From NCBI GenBank assembly GCA_963772835.1, contig CAVYYZ010000002.1, forward strand, positions 224,001-288,000: a DNA stretch of 64,000 nucleotides, read 5' to 3'. Positions 61,594 to 64,000 of this stretch are shown here, one piece after another. This DNA comes from an uncultured delta proteobacterium (lineage in GTDB: Bacteria > Desulfobacterota > Desulfuromonadia > Geobacterales > Pseudopelobacteraceae). Numbering within the stretch: position 1 is the stretch's first letter; every line of letters starts with the position of its first letter. The notes under the pieces are model-generated. The model had not been told where the DNA came from. It saw only the letters and a list, made by a program, of their open reading frames with translations, and did no database searches. The position numbers were made by a program, and so were the translations under genes.

Positions 61594-62562
61594 ATGAACA
61601 AGACTTTCGCTGCCATTATGCTTTTCGTGGTGATGGGTTGTATGAATTCTGTTGCACTTGCAGCAGAACTGCTTGACGTCAAACCGATTGTCACCGGAAA
61701 TGCCGTATCAATCGAAATTTCGGCTGACGTTGCAATGACGTATACCTTTTACAAAGTTCCAGGTCAGGCGAGGGCAGTCGTAGATATCGCCGAAGCTGAC
61801 CCGGAAAAGGTCGAGCCCTTAATAGTCGTCAATAAAGGTGCAGTATCCAGTATCAGTGTAGATAAAGCCTTAATATCGGGCATTGTTGTCAGCAGAATTA
61901 TTTTTAATCTCGTTTCCGAATCCGACATTTCTGTGAGCGCCGCCCCTGATCGAAAACTACTGACGGTAACATTCAACAGTTCATCTGCTGCAGCGGGCAA
62001 GCCTGAACCGAAGCCGGTGCCGGCATCCGAGCCTGTTGCCAAAGTTGAACCTCCCGCTTCTCCTGCCGCTCTAAATCCTGCTCCTGATCCTGCTCTCGAA
62101 GATGATCCGCTCGGACTCGATGAGCCTGTTGCTAAGTCTGCGGCCCCATTGGCTAAGATGGCGGTGGCAAGCGAATCCGCTATCGCGGCAACACCAACTG
62201 TAATGCGGATACCGAAACTTGAACCGGTCGTCCCAATCTCTGTTGCGTCAGCATCCGCCACATCGCTGACTATAAAAGAAATTACAGCTGGTGCATCGTA
62301 CATTGAAATACACGCCAACCAGCCAGTTTTGCATTACAAAACCATGAAATTATCCGGTCCGTCCCGACTCGTAATTGACATCGCCTGCGAAAAGACAGAC
62401 CAGAAAGCTAAATCCATTTCAATCAACAAGTTCGGAATTTCAAAGGCTCGAATCGGTGTATCGCCAAAAAATATTCGCATCGTTATTGATTCCGCGAAAA
62501 CCGGATTTCCCGCATATACAATTTCCAACACAGAACATGGGTTGCACATTAACTTCAAGTAG
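61594..62562 (+). CDS. Exported AMIN-domain protein
   Basis: Signal peptide after GGAGG; two AMIN-like units (RAVVDI, PSRLVIDI...RIVID) joined by a Pro/Ala linker. Confidence 0.75.
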   Translation: MNKTFAAIMLFVVMGCMNSVALAAELLDVKPIVTGNAVSIEISADVAMTYTFYKVPGQARAVVDIAEADPEKVEPLIVVNKGAVSSISVDKALISGIVVSRIIFNLVSESDISVSAAPDRKLLTVTFNSSSAAAGKPEPKPVPASEPVAKVEPPASPAALNPAPDPALEDDPLGLDEPVAKSAAPLAKMAVASESAIAATPTVMRIPKLEPVVPISVASASATSLTIKEITAGASYIEIHANQPVLHYKTMKLSGPSRLVIDIACEKTDQKAKSISINKFGISKARIGVSPKNIRIVIDSAKTGFPAYTISNTEHGLHINFK

Positions 62563-62582
62563 GCTCATCACTGCTTTGATAC

Positions 62583-62621
62583 AAAAAAAGGACTTAGCTG
62601 CAATCGGCTAAGTCCTTTTTT
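62583..62621. terminator. Bidirectional terminator
   Basis: AAAAAAGGACTTAGC...GCTAAGTCCTTTTTT. Confidence 0.88.
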
Positions 62622-62623
62622 AA

Positions 62624-62698
62624 TGGTGGGCGCTGCGGGTTTCGAACCTGCGACCCCTGCCGTGTGAAGGCAGTGCTCTCCCGCTGAGCTAAGCGCCC
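62624..62698 (-). tRNA. tRNA-Val(CAC)
   Basis: GGGCGCT/AGCGCCC acceptor, CTGCC-TTCACAC-GGCAG, CCA. Confidence 0.93.
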
Positions 62699-62705
62699 GA
62701 AACAA

Positions 62706-63179
62706 TCAATTTTCGGTCATAAAGTGCTGTTCATACAAATCTTCAAGAGCCTGCAAATGGCGGCTTTCCTCCTGGTGAAGCTGTGCAAACAGCTTTCCCA
62801 TCGGAGCTCCGGAACACCCGTTTGAAACTTTGCTGTAGAAGTCCACCGCACCCTTCTCCAGGTGGATGGCATATATTAGAGCCTCACGCACTCCGGACTT
62901 TGGACCGAGTTCCTCTTTTTTAAGCAGGTAATCAAGGTGCATGGTAGGAATAGGTGTGTCAAGGTCCGTGCCGCCATCCATTCGCCCATCCAGCAGCGCT
63001 TTCTCAAGCTGGTGTTTGTGATCCAGTTCATCCAACGCATTTTCACGTAGCAATTCCTTCGCCCCTTTATGAGACAGCTGCCGGATAGCATACAGATAAT
63101 TACGGAACCCTTCCTCTTCCATCGAAATCGCCATTTCGAGCGCGGCATCAAAGGTATAACAGACCTGATCATTTTCCAT
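62706..63179 (-). CDS. Ferritin-like/rubrerythrin-family diiron protein
   Basis: Two E...ExxH halves (MEEEG/DELDH, LEKGA/EESRH). Confidence 0.85.
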   Translation of the reverse strand: MENDQVCYTFDAALEMAISMEEEGFRNYLYAIRQLSHKGAKELLRENALDELDHKHQLEKALLDGRMDGGTDLDTPIPTMHLDYLLKKEELGPKSGVREALIYAIHLEKGAVDFYSKVSNGCSGAPMGKLFAQLHQEESRHLQALEDLYEQHFMTEN

Positions 63180-63181
63180 GT

Positions 63182-63703
63182 TTACGCCTCCTGCTCGATC
63201 AGCCGGACAGAGGTCATGAAGACCGGCTCAACCGGCACATCGGAATGACCGTTCTTGTTTCCTGTTTTCACCGCCCGGATCTGGTCAACCACATCCATCC
63301 CCTCCAGAACCTGCCCGAAGACGCAGTAGCCGAAATGGTCCTGATGTTTCCCTTTATGATCCAGAAACGCGTTGTCTACGGTGTTGATGAAAAACTGGCA
63401 GGTAGCCGAATCAATCACCGCCGTGCGGGCCATTGCCAGAGTGCCGCGTTTATTCAGCAGGCCGTTGGTCGCCTCATTCTTGATGGCGAACTTCGGTTTT
63501 TTTATCTCCATATTCTCGTTCATGCCGCCGCCCTGCACCATAAAATCCTTGATGACACGGTGGAATATCAATCCGTCGTAATGCCCGTCCTTGACATAGG
63601 AGAGAAAGTTTCTGACGGTTATCGGGGCTTTTTCCCTGAATAGTTCAATTGTGATGGTACCCATCGACGTTTCCAGCTTGACCTGCGGGTTCTGATCTGA
63701 CAT
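63182..63703 (-). CDS. Cyclophilin-type peptidylprolyl isomerase
   Basis: FHRVIKDFMVQGGG, GTLAMART, QFFIN, GYCVFG. Confidence 0.95.
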   Translation of the reverse strand: MSDQNPQVKLETSMGTITIELFREKAPITVRNFLSYVKDGHYDGLIFHRVIKDFMVQGGGMNENMEIKKPKFAIKNEATNGLLNKRGTLAMARTAVIDSATCQFFINTVDNAFLDHKGKHQDHFGYCVFGQVLEGMDVVDQIRAVKTGNKNGHSDVPVEPVFMTSVRLIEQEA

Positions 63704-63901
63704 CTGTCTCCTCCACTGTATAGTTGATAAGAATTCTGATGAGCCGGAAAAATATCCTAAGTTAGTATCATAGTACGAAGATAAATTAAACCCAAATTGT
63801 CAAAGAGGTGCCAAGAAACTGCCGTTGCGCAAATGTACCGGTAACAATATACTAACCGGGAGAGAAGGTGCTGAAAAAGTGACCCATGAAACATAGGGGA
63901 C

Positions 63902-63941
63902 AATAAAACAGGGGCCGCTCTACGACGGCCCCTGTTTTATT
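63902..63941. terminator. Bidirectional terminator of a gene outside the window
   Basis: AATAAAACAGGGGCCG...CGGCCCCTGTTTTATT. Confidence 0.8.
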
Positions 63942-64000
63942 TCTGCATCCTGAGGCAGAAATCGACTACTGAATTCTCAGGACTATTTTTCCGAAATGTT

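Overview
Chromosomal segment of a Geobacteraceae/Desulfuromonadia-like deltaproteobacterium (taxon inferred from gene content and protein motifs). (1) 74-8996: a putative sigma54-controlled metal-response locus with two paralogous small secreted Cys/Met/His proteins, a PAP2 phosphatase, an HMA-DUF2318-MacB/FtsX-type ABC operon, two close NtrC-family paralogs and a His-rich sensor kinase; two sigma54 promoters share a tandem upstream motif. (2) rpoH with a CIRCE operator, then the tRNA-Thr/Tyr/Gly/Thr-tuf-rpmG-tRNA-Trp-secE-nusG-rplKAJL-rpoBC core cluster; RpoB has an insertion of about 130 aa and the str operon does not follow rpoC. (3) A thiolase-fold gene lacking the catalytic Cys, msrA, yebC and tRNA-Cys. 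(4) A five-gene minus-strand run (GAP/DUF4388-like protein, 7TM protein, frameshifted OmcB-like decaheme lipoprotein, heme-motif porin, monoheme cytochrome), a candidate electron conduit and the best candidate for an undescribed system. (5) maeB, nadC-birA-coaX-fusA2-SPOR-hypothetical-degenerate MglA, nth, ruvCA without ruvB, tRNA-Pro, xseAB-ispA-dxs-TPR peptidase, lemA followed by a decayed TPM gene, trmJ, dedA, a second GAP-like paralog, an SgmX-like TPR protein, an AMIN protein, tRNA-Val, a ferritin-like protein and a cyclophilin. No CRISPR array, rRNA, integrase or transposase was seen. All calls come from reading motifs by eye; no database searches were run.
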